Both the position numbers and the translations under genes were made by a program. Below the pieces are notes generated by a model. That model was not told where the DNA came from. It made no database searches and saw only the letters and a list, made by a program, of their open reading frames with translations. DNA of 51,450 nucleotides from Methanosaeta sp. UBA114. Lineage in GTDB: Archaea; Halobacteriota; Methanosarcinia; Methanotrichales; Methanotrichaceae. Positions 39,123 through 49,649 of the stretch are shown one piece after another (position 1 is the first letter of the stretch; every line of letters starts with the position of its first letter). Location of the stretch: positions 1-51,450 of the forward strand of contig DAXJ01000014.1 of NCBI GenBank assembly GCA_002506335.1. Reading direction: 5' to 3'.

Positions 39123-40076
39123 ATGGCTGGAGCTGGCAGGATCATCCTTCTAATAGCTCTGATTGCTTCCACTCAGGTATCGATATTTCCATCTTTGGCA
39201 AACCTATCCGTCTGTCCTGGGGGCTGCGATTACCCCACCGTTCAGGCGGCGGTGAATGTGGCGGGACCCAATGAGACCATCTGGTTCAACAGCTCCAATT
39301 GCCCCGGAGGCTTCGACCTGGACAGGAATGTGACCTTGAGGGGCCTAGACAGCGGCCGCGGAAGGCCCACCCTTGGCATGAATGGCGAGCCTATAGTCAT
39401 CTCGGCAGATGGTGTGACCATCAGGGGATTCAAGCTGGAGCAGATGGCTAATTCCACTGTCCTTCTGGCCATAAGGTCCAGGGGCAACAGGATTTACCTA
39501 AATGACATGCCTTATGGTTCCCGCATAATCTCTGCCGGCCAATGCTTCTGGAATTCCAGCCAGCCTATAAACTATCAGTACAACGGTGCAACCTACCAGA
39601 GATACATGGGCAACTTCTGGATGGATTATTCCGGCAGGGATGAAAACGGCGACGGCATAGGAGATCAGCCAATGGTGATAGACTCCCACAATAAGGATTA
39701 CTACCCTCTGATGGCGCCTGTGAGCAGCTACTCCGTGCCCGGGGAGATGAAGGAGACCGGAGGGATCATCAAGGCAAGGGTTGGAAAGCCCTTTGTCATA
39801 ACGCTGAAGTGCAGGGGTGCCTACAAGTGGTTCCTAGACTTCGATTACCACATGGTACGCCAGGACAGCCACGAAATGGAGGGGGAGGATATCGAGGTCT
39901 TCACCTTCACACCCTTGAAGGCTGGGAAGACCGAGGTGGCCGGAGTCTACAGACAGCCCTGGGGGAATATCGTAACCGATACCAAGGGTTTCAAGGTGGA
40001 TATCAGCAATGATGCTGGAATCGTCCTTACTACCAGAGAGGCCGTCAGGCTGGATAGCAGAGGCGTTGCTAAGTAA
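39123..40076 (+). CDS. Secreted NosD-like beta-helix protein with a C-terminal chagasin/I42-like domain
   Basis: Signal peptide; YPTVQAAV, GNFWMDYSGRDENGDGIGDQP and DYYPL; then VGKPFVITL...YKW...FTF...YRQPW. Confidence 0.75.
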   Translation: MAGAGRIILLIALIASTQVSIFPSLANLSVCPGGCDYPTVQAAVNVAGPNETIWFNSSNCPGGFDLDRNVTLRGLDSGRGRPTLGMNGEPIVISADGVTIRGFKLEQMANSTVLLAIRSRGNRIYLNDMPYGSRIISAGQCFWNSSQPINYQYNGATYQRYMGNFWMDYSGRDENGDGIGDQPMVIDSHNKDYYPLMAPVSSYSVPGEMKETGGIIKARVGKPFVITLKCRGAYKWFLDFDYHMVRQDSHEMEGEDIEVFTFTPLKAGKTEVAGVYRQPWGNIVTDTKGFKVDISNDAGIVLTTREAVRLDSRGVAK

Positions 40077-40172
40077 GGCTTATCCCTTCCTTCAATTTTC
40101 CCCCCATCTTTGAATTTTTGGATAAATGGACTAGAAATAAAGAAGATATACTCGCCCATCGTCCTGCCCACC

Positions 40173-41066
40173 ATGCGCTTCGGTATTGCTGTTTCCGACA
40201 GAGATGACTGGACCGCTAGAGCCATGCTCTCTTCCTTTCACCAGGCAGGGGTCGATGCCGTCTTCATCGATCTCTCAGACCTGACGGCGTCGGTGGGAGG
40301 TGACCTGCGCCTGGCATGCGGTGGACATGATCTCATGGACATGGATGGCCTGGTGGTCAGGGACATGGGCCGGGGCGGCACGCCCCAGGACGTGGCCTTC
40401 AGATTCGAGGTCCTAAGGTCTCTGGGGGATCTGGGCCTGCCGGTCGTGAACCCCCCCGAGGCCATAGCTGGGGCAGCCAACAAGTTCTCCACTTCATTTG
40501 CCCTCCAGAGGGTGGGGATACCGACCCCCAGGACTACCGTGACCTCCAGCTTGAAAGAGGCTCTAATGGCCCTGGAAAAGTACGAGCGTGGTGTATCCAA
40601 GCCCCTCTTCGGTTACAAGGGCAAGGGTATAGAGTTCATCACCGAGGAAGAGGGGCTGAGGGCCGTCCTGAGATTCCAGGGGATCATCTACCTCCAGGAG
40701 CTGGTGCCCATGGAGGAGCCCAGGGATATCAGGGCCTTCGTGGTCGGAGATGATCTAATGGGCGCCATATACAGGGTGGCGCAGCCCGGGCAGTGGATCA
40801 GCAACCTGGCTAGGGGAGGAAGGGCGCAGCCCTGCGCTATCACGGAGGAGCTCAGGGATCTGGCGGTCAGGGCCAGTCGGGCATTGGGGACTGTTTACAG
40901 CGGCGTGGACCTTCTGGAGACTACGGAGGGCCTGAAGGTGATAGAGGTGAACGGCACACCCTCAGGCAGGGGTATCTTCGAGGCCATGGAGGTTGATGTG
41001 ACCAGGGCTATAGCCTCAGAGGTTATAAGGCGGGTACAAGGGCAGCGCCAGCCTTCCAGGCATTAG
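40173..41066 (+). CDS. mptN: RimK-family ATP-grasp ligase, probably tetrahydromethanopterin:alpha-L-glutamate ligase
   Basis: KPLFGYKGKG, YLQE, RDIRAFVVG, WISNLARGG and IEVNGTPS motifs. Confidence 0.75.
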   Translation: MRFGIAVSDRDDWTARAMLSSFHQAGVDAVFIDLSDLTASVGGDLRLACGGHDLMDMDGLVVRDMGRGGTPQDVAFRFEVLRSLGDLGLPVVNPPEAIAGAANKFSTSFALQRVGIPTPRTTVTSSLKEALMALEKYERGVSKPLFGYKGKGIEFITEEEGLRAVLRFQGIIYLQELVPMEEPRDIRAFVVGDDLMGAIYRVAQPGQWISNLARGGRAQPCAITEELRDLAVRASRALGTVYSGVDLLETTEGLKVIEVNGTPSGRGIFEAMEVDVTRAIASEVIRRVQGQRQPSRH

Positions 41067-41153
41067 CGCAGCCGTTAACCTTACCGGAGCGTGGCCATCG
41101 GCGCAGCCCTAGCCATCACAACCGTTATCTACGTTGTAGGTCACCCGACTGCT

Positions 41154-42422
41154 ATGTTTACGATATTAACGGGCGCGCAGTTCGGGGATGAGGGCAAGGG
41201 CAAAGTCATAGATCTCCTGGCCGAGAACTATGACGTAGTGGTCAGATTTCAGGGAGGAGATAACGCGGGCCACACCGTTGTGGTCGGCGATAAAACCTAC
41301 AAGCTCCATCTGGTGCCCAGTGGGGCCATCTTAGGCGCCAGGCTCCTCATAGGGCCGGGTGTCGTGGTGAATCCCAAGGTCCTCTACGATGAGGTGAATG
41401 TCCTGAAGTCCGAGGGCATCAAGGTGGACCTAGGGATAGATGCCAAGACCAGCATCATCATGCCTTACCACATAGAGCTGGATAAGCTGCGGGAGAATGC
41501 CAGGTCCCAGAAGATCGGCACCACTAACCGTGGTATAGGTTTTGCTTACGTCGATAAGTTCTCTAGGGAGGAGATCCAGATGCAGGACTTAACGGATCCT
41601 TTGCTCCTGGAGGAGAAGCTCAAGGAAATAGCTCCGGCCAAGGAGAAGGCAATCTCCGATATGGGCGGAGATCCCTCCATAGTCAGGGATCGGGGCCTCC
41701 TAAAGGAGTACCTGGACATCGGTGAGAAGCTCAAGGATAATGTTACAGACGTCTCTCTGGAGATCAACCTGGCGTTGGAGGACGAGAGAAACGTCCTGGC
41801 CGAGGGAGCCCAGGGCGCCTTTCTGGACATCATCCATGGCACACAGAAGTTCGTGACCTCCAGCTTTACCACCGCAGGAAGCGCCTGCGCCAACCTGGGC
41901 GTGGGCCCGGTGATGGTGGACAACGTGGTGGGCGTAATCAAGGCCTACATCACCAGGGTTGGAGAAGGGCCCATGCCAACAGAGCTCAAGGATGAGATCG
42001 GTCTTAAGATGAGGGAGAAGGGCGGGGAGTATGGCACCACTACCGGCAGGGCCAGAAGGTGCGGCTGGTTTGATGCCGTCCTAGGCTTAAAGTCGGTCTT
42101 CCTCAACGGATACACCGAGATGGCCTTGACCAAGCTGGATGTTCTCACGGGACTCGATCCCATAAAAATCTGTGTCGCCTATGAGATCGGTGGCGAGACC
42201 ATCGACTATCCACCCGAGAGCACCTCCGACTTCGCCAGGTGCAAGCCCCTCTACGAAGACATGCCCGGGTGGACCGAAGACATCACCAATGCCAAGAGCT
42301 ACGATGATCTACCCGAGAACGCCAGGTCCTACGTGGAGAGGCTGGAGGACCTTCTGGGCGTGGATATCTCTGCGGTCTCAGTGGGTCCTGCCAGGGATCA
42401 GACCATCTTCAGGGAAGAGTGA
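41154..42422 (+). CDS. purA: Adenylosuccinate synthetase
   Basis: GAQFGDEGKGK, GGDNAGHT, EGAQG and EYGTTTGRARRCGW motifs. Confidence 0.98.
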   Translation: MFTILTGAQFGDEGKGKVIDLLAENYDVVVRFQGGDNAGHTVVVGDKTYKLHLVPSGAILGARLLIGPGVVVNPKVLYDEVNVLKSEGIKVDLGIDAKTSIIMPYHIELDKLRENARSQKIGTTNRGIGFAYVDKFSREEIQMQDLTDPLLLEEKLKEIAPAKEKAISDMGGDPSIVRDRGLLKEYLDIGEKLKDNVTDVSLEINLALEDERNVLAEGAQGAFLDIIHGTQKFVTSSFTTAGSACANLGVGPVMVDNVVGVIKAYITRVGEGPMPTELKDEIGLKMREKGGEYGTTTGRARRCGWFDAVLGLKSVFLNGYTEMALTKLDVLTGLDPIKICVAYEIGGETIDYPPESTSDFARCKPLYEDMPGWTEDITNAKSYDDLPENARSYVERLEDLLGVDISAVSVGPARDQTIFREE

Positions 42423-42600
42423 GACTCCCTCTGTCGGATCTTTTTTAATAAATGAGCAAGCCTCCAATTACTTACTGGATAATCGCAGTCAGTTAGAGGT
42501 GGGTTAAACTATTGAACGCCAAAACTTTGTTAGCTGTGCTATGTATTATATCAGCCATAGTACCTGCTGCCAACGATCTAACCTCTAAGAGAAAAACCTG

Positions 42601-43200
42601 ACCGTCGGCTGCTGTTGGTCAGATGTTCCTAGAATCCATGGGGCTAAATCTATAGTCCATAGACTGCATTTAGAGTTATATGAATCGGGCGCTTATGATG
42701 AACTCTTCAGTATTATTCGTTCAGTTAGCCATGGATTAAATAAATTAGATATTAGTCTTTGTAGCGTTGGTACTAAGTCAGTTCCTGCAAATCGAAAAGG
42801 GTAAAATCGCATATAATACAAATGAATTCAGGCCCTATTTTCCTACTATGGATATATTTAAAATAAAATTAGCGCATATTGAGGCCATAACACTGCCTGA
42901 GGCTGTTATTACGGACGCCGGCTTTAGTGCTAAAGAGACACGAGAATATGGTTAAGGGAAGGAAATAAGGATTGTACCCCATGTTAATGTCAGAAGTATA
43001 AAGGAAAACAAGTCTGAAGGGACGATTGCGTCCGATAAAGAGCTTTTTCAGAAGCGAAGATCAATTGAACATTTTCCAGCCATATAGATGCCTATAAATA
43101 GATTTTCCTAAGGTGTGAACAAAGAGTGGATTCGTACCTATGACTGATACAGATGACGTGTGCTCTTGTTATCTGGCAGAATGTTTTTGGGATGGCCTCC
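42601..43200 (+). mobile_element. Degenerate IS5-family transposase remnant
   Basis: GCCWSDVPRIHGAKSIVHR...SVPANRKG* (OrfA-like) and TDAGFSAKETRE...KRRSIEHF...RCEQ..DSYL (OrfB-like) with stops and frameshifts; TTTTGGGATGGCCTC looks like a right IR. Confidence 0.75.
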
Positions 43201-43358
43201 AAATGAATCTTTGGGTCAAAGCAAAGACTTAACAAAAATCTTGGACTTTTTGGATTTTCGACCGTTTTTTCCCCGACAGGATGGACTTAATGCTTGCCTA
43301 ACCTCGATGGAAAAAAGATAAATCTTATAAATTCTGTATACTGATGGGAGTTTTGACT

Positions 43359-43847
43359 ATGGATGAAATACCTACAAAAGGGCATAACTCTGAGTTGATG
43401 GCGGAGGCTGAGAGAATCGTCAAGCCCCAGTGGCCTACAGCGGTCCAGGTGGAGAACTTGGGCGTCGCATCCAAGGGTTCAGCCAATGCTGCCGATGATG
43501 TGGATCACTGGATGTTCATCTTCACCGAGATAGATGGGGACTCGGTGATCACCCTGGATTATGCTAATGGAGAATTTGGGAAGGCTCACAGGGAGGCCAG
43601 GCCATGGAAAGAGACGGCCATAAAAGAGCTTCCCAGGGGCATGAGCCTCGAGGCGGCGATAGTCTTTCTGAAGGAGGCGGGGTACCTTGGGCCGTTTCAA
43701 TCGGTGGCGCTCAAGTCTCCTCAAAACTTTGACGGCGAGGCCTCTTATGTGTTTACACTGGGCAGGGATCTGGTGTACATAAACTCAGCGACTGGCGAAG
43801 TAACCAAGACTGCAACCGCCGGCATAACCGCAGGTCAGCCTCATTAA
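43359..43847 (+). CDS. Hypothetical protein
   Basis: GGGAG RBS, intact ORF, T-tract after the stop; ends with PepSY-like VYINSATGEV. Confidence 0.65.
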   Translation: MDEIPTKGHNSELMAEAERIVKPQWPTAVQVENLGVASKGSANAADDVDHWMFIFTEIDGDSVITLDYANGEFGKAHREARPWKETAIKELPRGMSLEAAIVFLKEAGYLGPFQSVALKSPQNFDGEASYVFTLGRDLVYINSATGEVTKTATAGITAGQPH

Positions 43848-43892
43848 TCCTTTTTCTTTGGCGAAGGCCGCTCATCTATTAGAATCCTTACG

Positions 43893-44429
43893 CTATAGAA
43901 TCGATGCTCCTAGCCTATAAGACTTCTCCATCTCCTCCTTATTCCCTGCCACCTCACCACGCTCGTAAGCTATAGCCAGTAGGCTTCCCAGGAAGTCCAT
44001 TCCTAGATACTCAAAGGACATGCGGAAGATCTGGACCAAGGGGCTGCAGCAACCTGGCCCTTCTTCGGAGGGTGTCACTACAAGCCCTCTCCTGCCCTTG
44101 AGCTTCCCGCTGGCAATGAAGGGACGAAGCCTGTCTATGAGGAGCTTCATCTTTCCAGTAGGGCCGTACCAGTAGATGGGGGTTCCAAAGACGATGATAT
44201 CTGAGGCGTCGATCTTGGAATAGAGTCCCTTCATGCCGTCGTCCATGGGGCAGGTGTAATTGCCTTTCTTGCAGGCCCTGCAGTCCAGACAGGGCTTTAT
44301 CTCCAGGTCGTAGAGGTAGACCTTCTCCCAGGTGTGTCCTTTGGTCTCAGCGCCTCTCAAAACCTCGTCCACCAGGATGTCGGTGTTGGATCTCTTCCTG
44401 GGGCTGCCGATCAAGGCCAGAATCTTCAA
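43893..44429 (-). CDS. Iron-sulfur flavoprotein / NADPH-dependent FMN reductase family
   Basis: GSPRKRSNT, CxxCxxC...C and GTPIYW motifs. Confidence 0.9.
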   Translation of the reverse strand: MKILALIGSPRKRSNTDILVDEVLRGAETKGHTWEKVYLYDLEIKPCLDCRACKKGNYTCPMDDGMKGLYSKIDASDIIVFGTPIYWYGPTGKMKLLIDRLRPFIASGKLKGRRGLVVTPSEEGPGCCSPLVQIFRMSFEYLGMDFLGSLLAIAYERGEVAGNKEEMEKSYRLGASIL

Positions 44430-45031
44430 GCACCATCGCTCCTGGGGAAGCGTTTTCCCACAATGCTTTTAACGTCTCTCAGCCAGGATTCTCTTTCCTC
44501 AAGGGTGCTGGTACCTACCACCGAATAAGTTTTCCTATAGAAATCATCGATGCCACAGAGGCCGAAGATGCAGTATCTCCATATGCTCTCCAGGGGATCT
44601 TTGAAGACCCGGGCCTCCCTCTCGGGCTTGGTATTGCCTGTGTTGAAGACCAAGGCTTTTCGTGCCTTAAGAAGTCCCCTCGGCACGCCTTCGCCGCTAT
44701 CACCTTCCAGGAACTCGTAGGCTACCCCTGCTCTGAGAACCCTGTCGATCCAGCCTTTGAGCACAGCCGGTGGCTGGCCCCACCAGTTGGGATGGACTAT
44801 GATGATGCCCTCGGCGTTGGCTATCTCGAGGCAGTGGATAGCGATTGCCACATCCATGGTTCCATCCCTGGATATCTCTTCTTTTGGGATTATAGGATCG
44901 AAGCCCTCTAAGTAAAGATCGTGGAAGGAGACGAGGTGGCCGTTCTCCTTCAGGGCTCCGACTGCAGCTATGGCTATGGCGTGGTTTAAGCTGCCCGTAT
45001 CTGGGTGGGCCAGGATGACAGAGACCTTCAT
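44426..45031 (-). CDS. NAD(P)H-dependent oxidoreductase, flavodoxin-like fold
   Basis: AHPDTGSLN, DLYLEGFDP and HPNWWGQPPAVLKGWIDRV motifs. Confidence 0.9.
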   Translation of the reverse strand: MKVSVILAHPDTGSLNHAIAIAAVGALKENGHLVSFHDLYLEGFDPIIPKEEISRDGTMDVAIAIHCLEIANAEGIIIVHPNWWGQPPAVLKGWIDRVLRAGVAYEFLEGDSGEGVPRGLLKARKALVFNTGNTKPEREARVFKDPLESIWRYCIFGLCGIDDFYRKTYSVVGTSTLEERESWLRDVKSIVGKRFPRSDGA

Positions 45032-45181
45032 GTTATCCTGCAAATGCCTCTTTGTGTAAAATGATTATGGCCCTGACCCTAATATAGAGATAGAAAAGGT
45101 GATATATCATCAATTTTAAAGAATGGTGAATCTGCGCAATCTTTCTCATTAATCATTCCTAATTAAGGCTTATGGAGAGAT

Positions 45182-45525
45182 ATGAAGAATCCTAGGCCTA
45201 TTTCGGCCTCATTAATGCTGATCATGGCACTGGCCGTTTCGGCCTTGGGTCAGACAAATATTAGACCGACGCGCGCGGTTGGTTTTATCCGGTCGTGTCT
45301 TTCTTTAGCCAGGGCAAGTACGAGGTGTCCAACCTGGATTACGATGAATGCCTCAAGATCGATCCCCTGAATGCCGAGGCCTGGTATAATATGGGTGTGA
45401 CCTGCGACCTTTAGAGAAACTACGTGGCGGATGTAGCTGTTTATAACACGGCTACCAAGATCAACCCGAGCTATCAAAAGTCTCTGATCAATAAGAATGC
45501 CGATATCGATAGGCTCGATTACTAA
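45182..45525 (+). pseudogene. Decayed secreted TPR protein, paralogue of 2114-2620
   Basis: Signal peptide, frameshift, then AEAWYNMGVTCDL*...NPSYQKSLINKNADID matching AEAWCNMG...NPSYQKAWYLKNKDLD. Confidence 0.7.
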
Positions 45526-45631
45526 GATCCCGATTTTAGCAGGGGATAAATCTGAAAGAGCTAGATTAACTAATTAAATAACTAAACAGCTAAATACCGC
45601 TTGGATTCCCCAGGACCTTTCTTTTCTGGGA

Positions 45632-46054
45632 TCAGAACTCGATCCTTGGAAACTCTGCTTCCTTCAGGTTATCGGCCAAGGTCCAGAAGAATGCCTCGCC
45701 GTGGGGTATTCTGATGACCGCCAGGTTTGTATCTTCAGATCCTTCGATTATATTCTTAAGAAAGGGCATCTCCTCCAGGAGCCTAGTTTTAAGAGCGATC
45801 TCATTTAGGAACTCCATCGACCCCAATATCCTCATCATTAGGTCTTTCTTATGGGTTATAAAGCAGACCTCGATTCTGGGATTTTTGTGAAGCTGCTTGC
45901 ATACTCGCTTGGATTCCGATGTGTGGAAGTAAAAGCCGCTTGCATCGGCAAACCAGGAAGTAAAAGGTCTGACCCTCGGCTGTCCTCCTTCTTCAGTGGC
46001 CACAAAGCCCGTGGGGTTATTCTTAATAAACTTGAAGCAGTTCCCTAAATCCAC
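45632..46054 (-). CDS. Pyridoxamine 5'-phosphate oxidase-like (split barrel) protein
   Basis: ATEEGGQPRVRP, FYFHT, NPRIEVCF; GTG start with AGGAG RBS. Confidence 0.85.
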   Translation of the reverse strand: MDLGNCFKFIKNNPTGFVATEEGGQPRVRPFTSWFADASGFYFHTSESKRVCKQLHKNPRIEVCFITHKKDLMMRILGSMEFLNEIALKTRLLEEMPFLKNIIEGSEDTNLAVIRIPHGEAFFWTLADNLKEAEFPRIEF

Positions 46055-46121
46055 TTTCGTATCTCCTTTAATAGGAGTCTCCCATTGGTGATAATTCTTT
46101 GGGGAATGGGATCGAAAAGAG

Positions 46122-46544
46122 TCAGAAGGAGATCTTCTCGCTATCCCTCTCCTTTTCGTTCTCTGCAACCGTCCAGAACCTGGCTACACCGTTTTGGACC
46201 CGGAAGATGGCCAGGGCAGGGTCCTCAGGTCCCCGGAACATCTGCTTCAGGTACTCCTGGTCATCCAGGAGCTTTCTCTTGAGATCTATATCCTGGAGGA
46301 TCTTGGCCTCGCCGGTGATCCTCATCATGGCGCCGCTCTGAGTAGCATAGAAGCAGACCTCGACCTTGGGGTGGGCCTTGATCTGTCTGTAAACACCCTT
46401 GGCTGTCGAGGTGTGGAAGTAAAAACCCTTACCTGTGGCGTACCACATGGCAAAGGCCCTGACCCGCGGTTGGTCACCCTCGGCGGTGGCTAGGTAGCAG
46501 AGGGGGTTTATGTTGGCGAACTCATAAACATCATCTATATTCAT
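46122..46544 (-). CDS. Pyridoxamine 5'-phosphate oxidase-like (split barrel) protein
   Basis: ATAEGDQPRVR, FYFHT, HPKVEVCF; tandem paralogue of the downstream gene. Confidence 0.88.
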   Translation of the reverse strand: MNIDDVYEFANINPLCYLATAEGDQPRVRAFAMWYATGKGFYFHTSTAKGVYRQIKAHPKVEVCFYATQSGAMMRITGEAKILQDIDLKRKLLDDQEYLKQMFRGPEDPALAIFRVQNGVARFWTVAENEKERDSEKISF

Positions 46545-46754
46545 AAGTTATACCTCTTATGCTCTTTGTTAGAGGAGCAATCCGACTTGGTACCCAACAA
46601 AGTGGTTTGCAATAGTACGCCTCGTAACCTTAAATAACTTATTTGACCGTTCCCGCCTTTTCTATGCTTTCCATACTTTGCGATAAGAAAAAAGCTGGCC
46701 CTGCCGGGGACTGATTACCTAGCAAGTCGGAATTCTCCTCTGGATTAAGTTACC

Positions 46755-47985
46755 CTAAGGTCTAAAGGATTCTAAGTCCGGCCTCGGGATAGGGACTAAC
46801 GTTCCCTTCATGCTGCTCTCCTCGTAGAGGATGCATATGTAACCCAGATTTCCCGTGAAGTTTCCGACCTTCAAAGAGAAGGCTCTGTGGGCCGAGACGC
46901 CTGGCACAATGATCCCTGAGTAATTCACTCCCTGGTTAGTCATGCTCTGATTGGTCTTGGATGGAGTTACGATATCCGGACCGAATGTCATTACCTCCTG
47001 GCAGTTCGGTGGGCTGATCCCGACAAGGGTTTTAGGTTCCTTGGCTCCATTGAGGAAGGTGACTGCATGAGGCGCCATGCTCTCCTTAGATAGCGCCCAG
47101 ATCATGGTATCCTCATGATGGGCGTTTACCCATTAAGGATAGGACGCCATCAGATCTATCTGGCCCCTGGAACAACCAACGTTGACGTAGTGGATCGTGG
47201 AACCATCGGGCTACTTTTTCGCCGGCCTGAACTCTGAGACGGTGGCAGCTATGGCGAATGGTACATTGGCTAAAAGAGCATCCTTCTCATTTCTTCCATG
47301 TATGGCACCCTCTGCGGGTGTTGGCATGATAATGTTAGGATCTTCCACTATGATGGTGCCGAACATGTGGTTGTCCTCGTGGACCACGCAGGAGTAGTGT
47401 AGATCCCCGTCTTAGTGAACTTTAGCTTGAAGCTTTCGGCGCCCCTATATTCTGGGGACCCATAACCTCTGAGTTTGCGTAGGAGGATCCATTGAACTCG
47501 CCGCCCTGGGGAATGATGGGGGAGGCTACCTGTGGGTTGATTATCATGGAACCCTTAGGCCCTCCTGGAAGCGGAACTAAGAAGACAGGTGTCTGTACGG
47601 CATTGGCATTGGAGCTGATATTGGAACCGGTATTAACTATAATATTAGTTGCGGTATTTGATATCGTATTAGAACTAAGATCGAATCTGATGAAGCCGGT
47701 ATTGGATGTATCGGGTCTGGCCGAGTTGGTATTAATCTCTGGGAATGTTACCGTATGAATCTACCTGAAATTTTGTATCCAGGTGATGGTACCATCGATG
47801 TGGATTCCAATCTTGGACGAGAAGAAGGCCTGACCCTCGGCGCGGTTGAGAAGGTTGGTGTAGCCCACCGTGACCGTGAAGTTCTGCTGAGCTGTACCCG
47901 AGTGGAAAACGGATCTTGGGGTCTGTGTCTGGATAGTGCCGGCTAAAATAAAAGCTGATGCTAGCAGCGATACAAGGATTCCCAT
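46755..47985 (-). pseudogene. Decayed secreted two-domain cupredoxin (plastocyanin-like)
   Basis: Signal peptide; TITW..*IHTVTF...YSCVVHEDNHMFGTIIV; second domain PHAVTF...YICILYEESSMKGTL. In-frame stops at 47761 and 47211 plus frameshifts. Confidence 0.75.
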
Positions 47986-48213
47986 AGTCTGTTCCTATCG
48001 CCTTTGTTTGTCAGAGGTGTGCCCGCAGAAACTCTATCAATAGCAGCGTAATCATTAAAATTAGGAACGCTTACGTTTAAATAAATATCCTAAGTTACCA
48101 TGATTTGAGCAACCGCGAAGCTATGGCTGGTAGATCCCCTGCAGATAGATACCCTGTGAATTCATCCCTAGTACGGCAAAAAAACTCATAAATTATGAGG
48201 CTTAGTTAAGCCT

Positions 48214-48756
48214 ATGCTGACTATCCTGGAGCTGGATGATAACCTGATCTACGTGGAGAGCGAGCGGTGGCAGTGTGATTTCGGCCTTGGCAGCCCCGTC
48301 AAGCTCGGCCTTATCCTGGAGGCCGTAGATTTAGGAGGAAGCTTCAGCTTCGTCATAGATGCATGCCTGATGCCCCAGCCCGAGTACATCGATCCTGAGA
48401 TAGTCTCCGAGGCCAGGGAGATGGGTATCCGCTCCAGGGAGGATCTGATAAAAGAAGTATACTTGGAGTACGGCGGAGTTCCTGTGAACATCGACGCAGT
48501 GCAGCCGGCTAAGGCCTCATGCGGCTTTTCCAGCTTCATTGCGGACACCGAGATCTCCTCAGGCAACCAGGGATCTGGCCTGGAGGTAAGGCACTTTAAG
48601 GATCTGGATGATGCCATGAAGTTTGCTAGGGACTTCTATGCGGTGTACACTGCGGGCCTCTTCGGCTTCATAGATATGGTCCTGGACAACCCCCTGAGGA
48701 CGGGCGGCACGGGGCGGGAAAAGATCATGCAGATGGCGGGAAAGCAGCCGAGCTAA
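48214..48756 (+). CDS. Hypothetical protein
   Basis: Intact 180-aa ORF with a TATA-like box upstream. Confidence 0.7.
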   Translation: MLTILELDDNLIYVESERWQCDFGLGSPVKLGLILEAVDLGGSFSFVIDACLMPQPEYIDPEIVSEAREMGIRSREDLIKEVYLEYGGVPVNIDAVQPAKASCGFSSFIADTEISSGNQGSGLEVRHFKDLDDAMKFARDFYAVYTAGLFGFIDMVLDNPLRTGGTGREKIMQMAGKQPS

Positions 48757-48799
48757 CCTCTGAAGCATCATTTCCTGCCTGGGATCCTGGACCTTAAAA

Positions 48800-49258
48800 T
48801 TAAGATGGGCCTTTCGTCTCCTCTCTCTGGCCTACAATCTCCACCAGGCGTATGTCGAAGACCAGGTCCCTCTCTGCCAGGGGATTGTTGGCATCCAGAG
48901 TGATTTTATCGCCTTTTACCTCTGTGACCTGGACTGGTATGAACTGGCCGTTAGGTGCACTGACCTCCAGGGTCATGCCTTCTTCGGGCGTAATATCCTC
49001 GGGGATATCCTTTCTGTCTACCTTTATGATCTTGTCTTCTCTGTAAAAGCCATAGGCATTCTCTGGGGGAATGGTGACAGTTTTGGCCTCTCCGGGCCTC
49101 ATCCCTATCATGGCCTCCTCAAAGCCGGGTATGAGCTTGCCCTCGCCTATCTTGAACTCCACGGGCTCTGCGCCCTCGGAGGTATCGAAGGGCATTCCAT
49201 CCGTGAACTTGCCGGTGTAGTGGACCTTAACCGTATCCCCTTTCTTTGCCTGGACCAT
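48800..49258 (-). CDS. FKBP-type peptidyl-prolyl isomerase (SlyD-like)
   Basis: VKVHYTG, IPGFEEA, PPENAYG and DANNPLA motifs. Confidence 0.93.
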   Translation of the reverse strand: MVQAKKGDTVKVHYTGKFTDGMPFDTSEGAEPVEFKIGEGKLIPGFEEAMIGMRPGEAKTVTIPPENAYGFYREDKIIKVDRKDIPEDITPEEGMTLEVSAPNGQFIPVQVTEVKGDKITLDANNPLAERDLVFDIRLVEIVGQREETKGPS

Positions 49259-49649
49259 TCTTGGCACCCCTGAGACCTGGAAACCGAAAAATCTCGGTTA
49301 GGGAACATGTGCCTTTTAAATGTATATCAAGTATTGCTTTTAATACAGCCCCTTCGCAGCTTTCGGGCACCTTTTAAGCGCAAATCTCCCAGAGCTCCTT
49401 AATGGAATCAGGCGGCTGATATCGATCCTGGTAGAGGGTTGTAAGGCAAGGAAAATATCCTAACAGTAGCTTATTGTTCTAGATGACACCATAAGAATTT
49501 ATGGTTAGATAACCAGAACCTCTGTAAGGAAAACAAGGACGATAAACCTGATTATGGAAACCAATGACTAGAAAATCCGATGATGAGAAAACCTATGATG
49601 AGAATGCCGCTGATAATACTGTCGCTGATAAGGTCGAGGTGTGATCTCC

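Noticed and set aside
47211..47763. Two in-frame TAG codons in the cupredoxin gene as pyrrolysine recoding
   Set aside because: The same gene also has frameshifts and a lost metal ligand, consistent with ordinary decay.
49564..49644. ATGATGA/CTGA motifs suggesting a C/D-box sRNA
   Set aside because: Box spacing leaves guides too short. The motifs arise from a degenerate 15-nt tandem repeat (possible 26-aa acidic ORF MTRKSDDEKTYDENAADNTVADKVEV).
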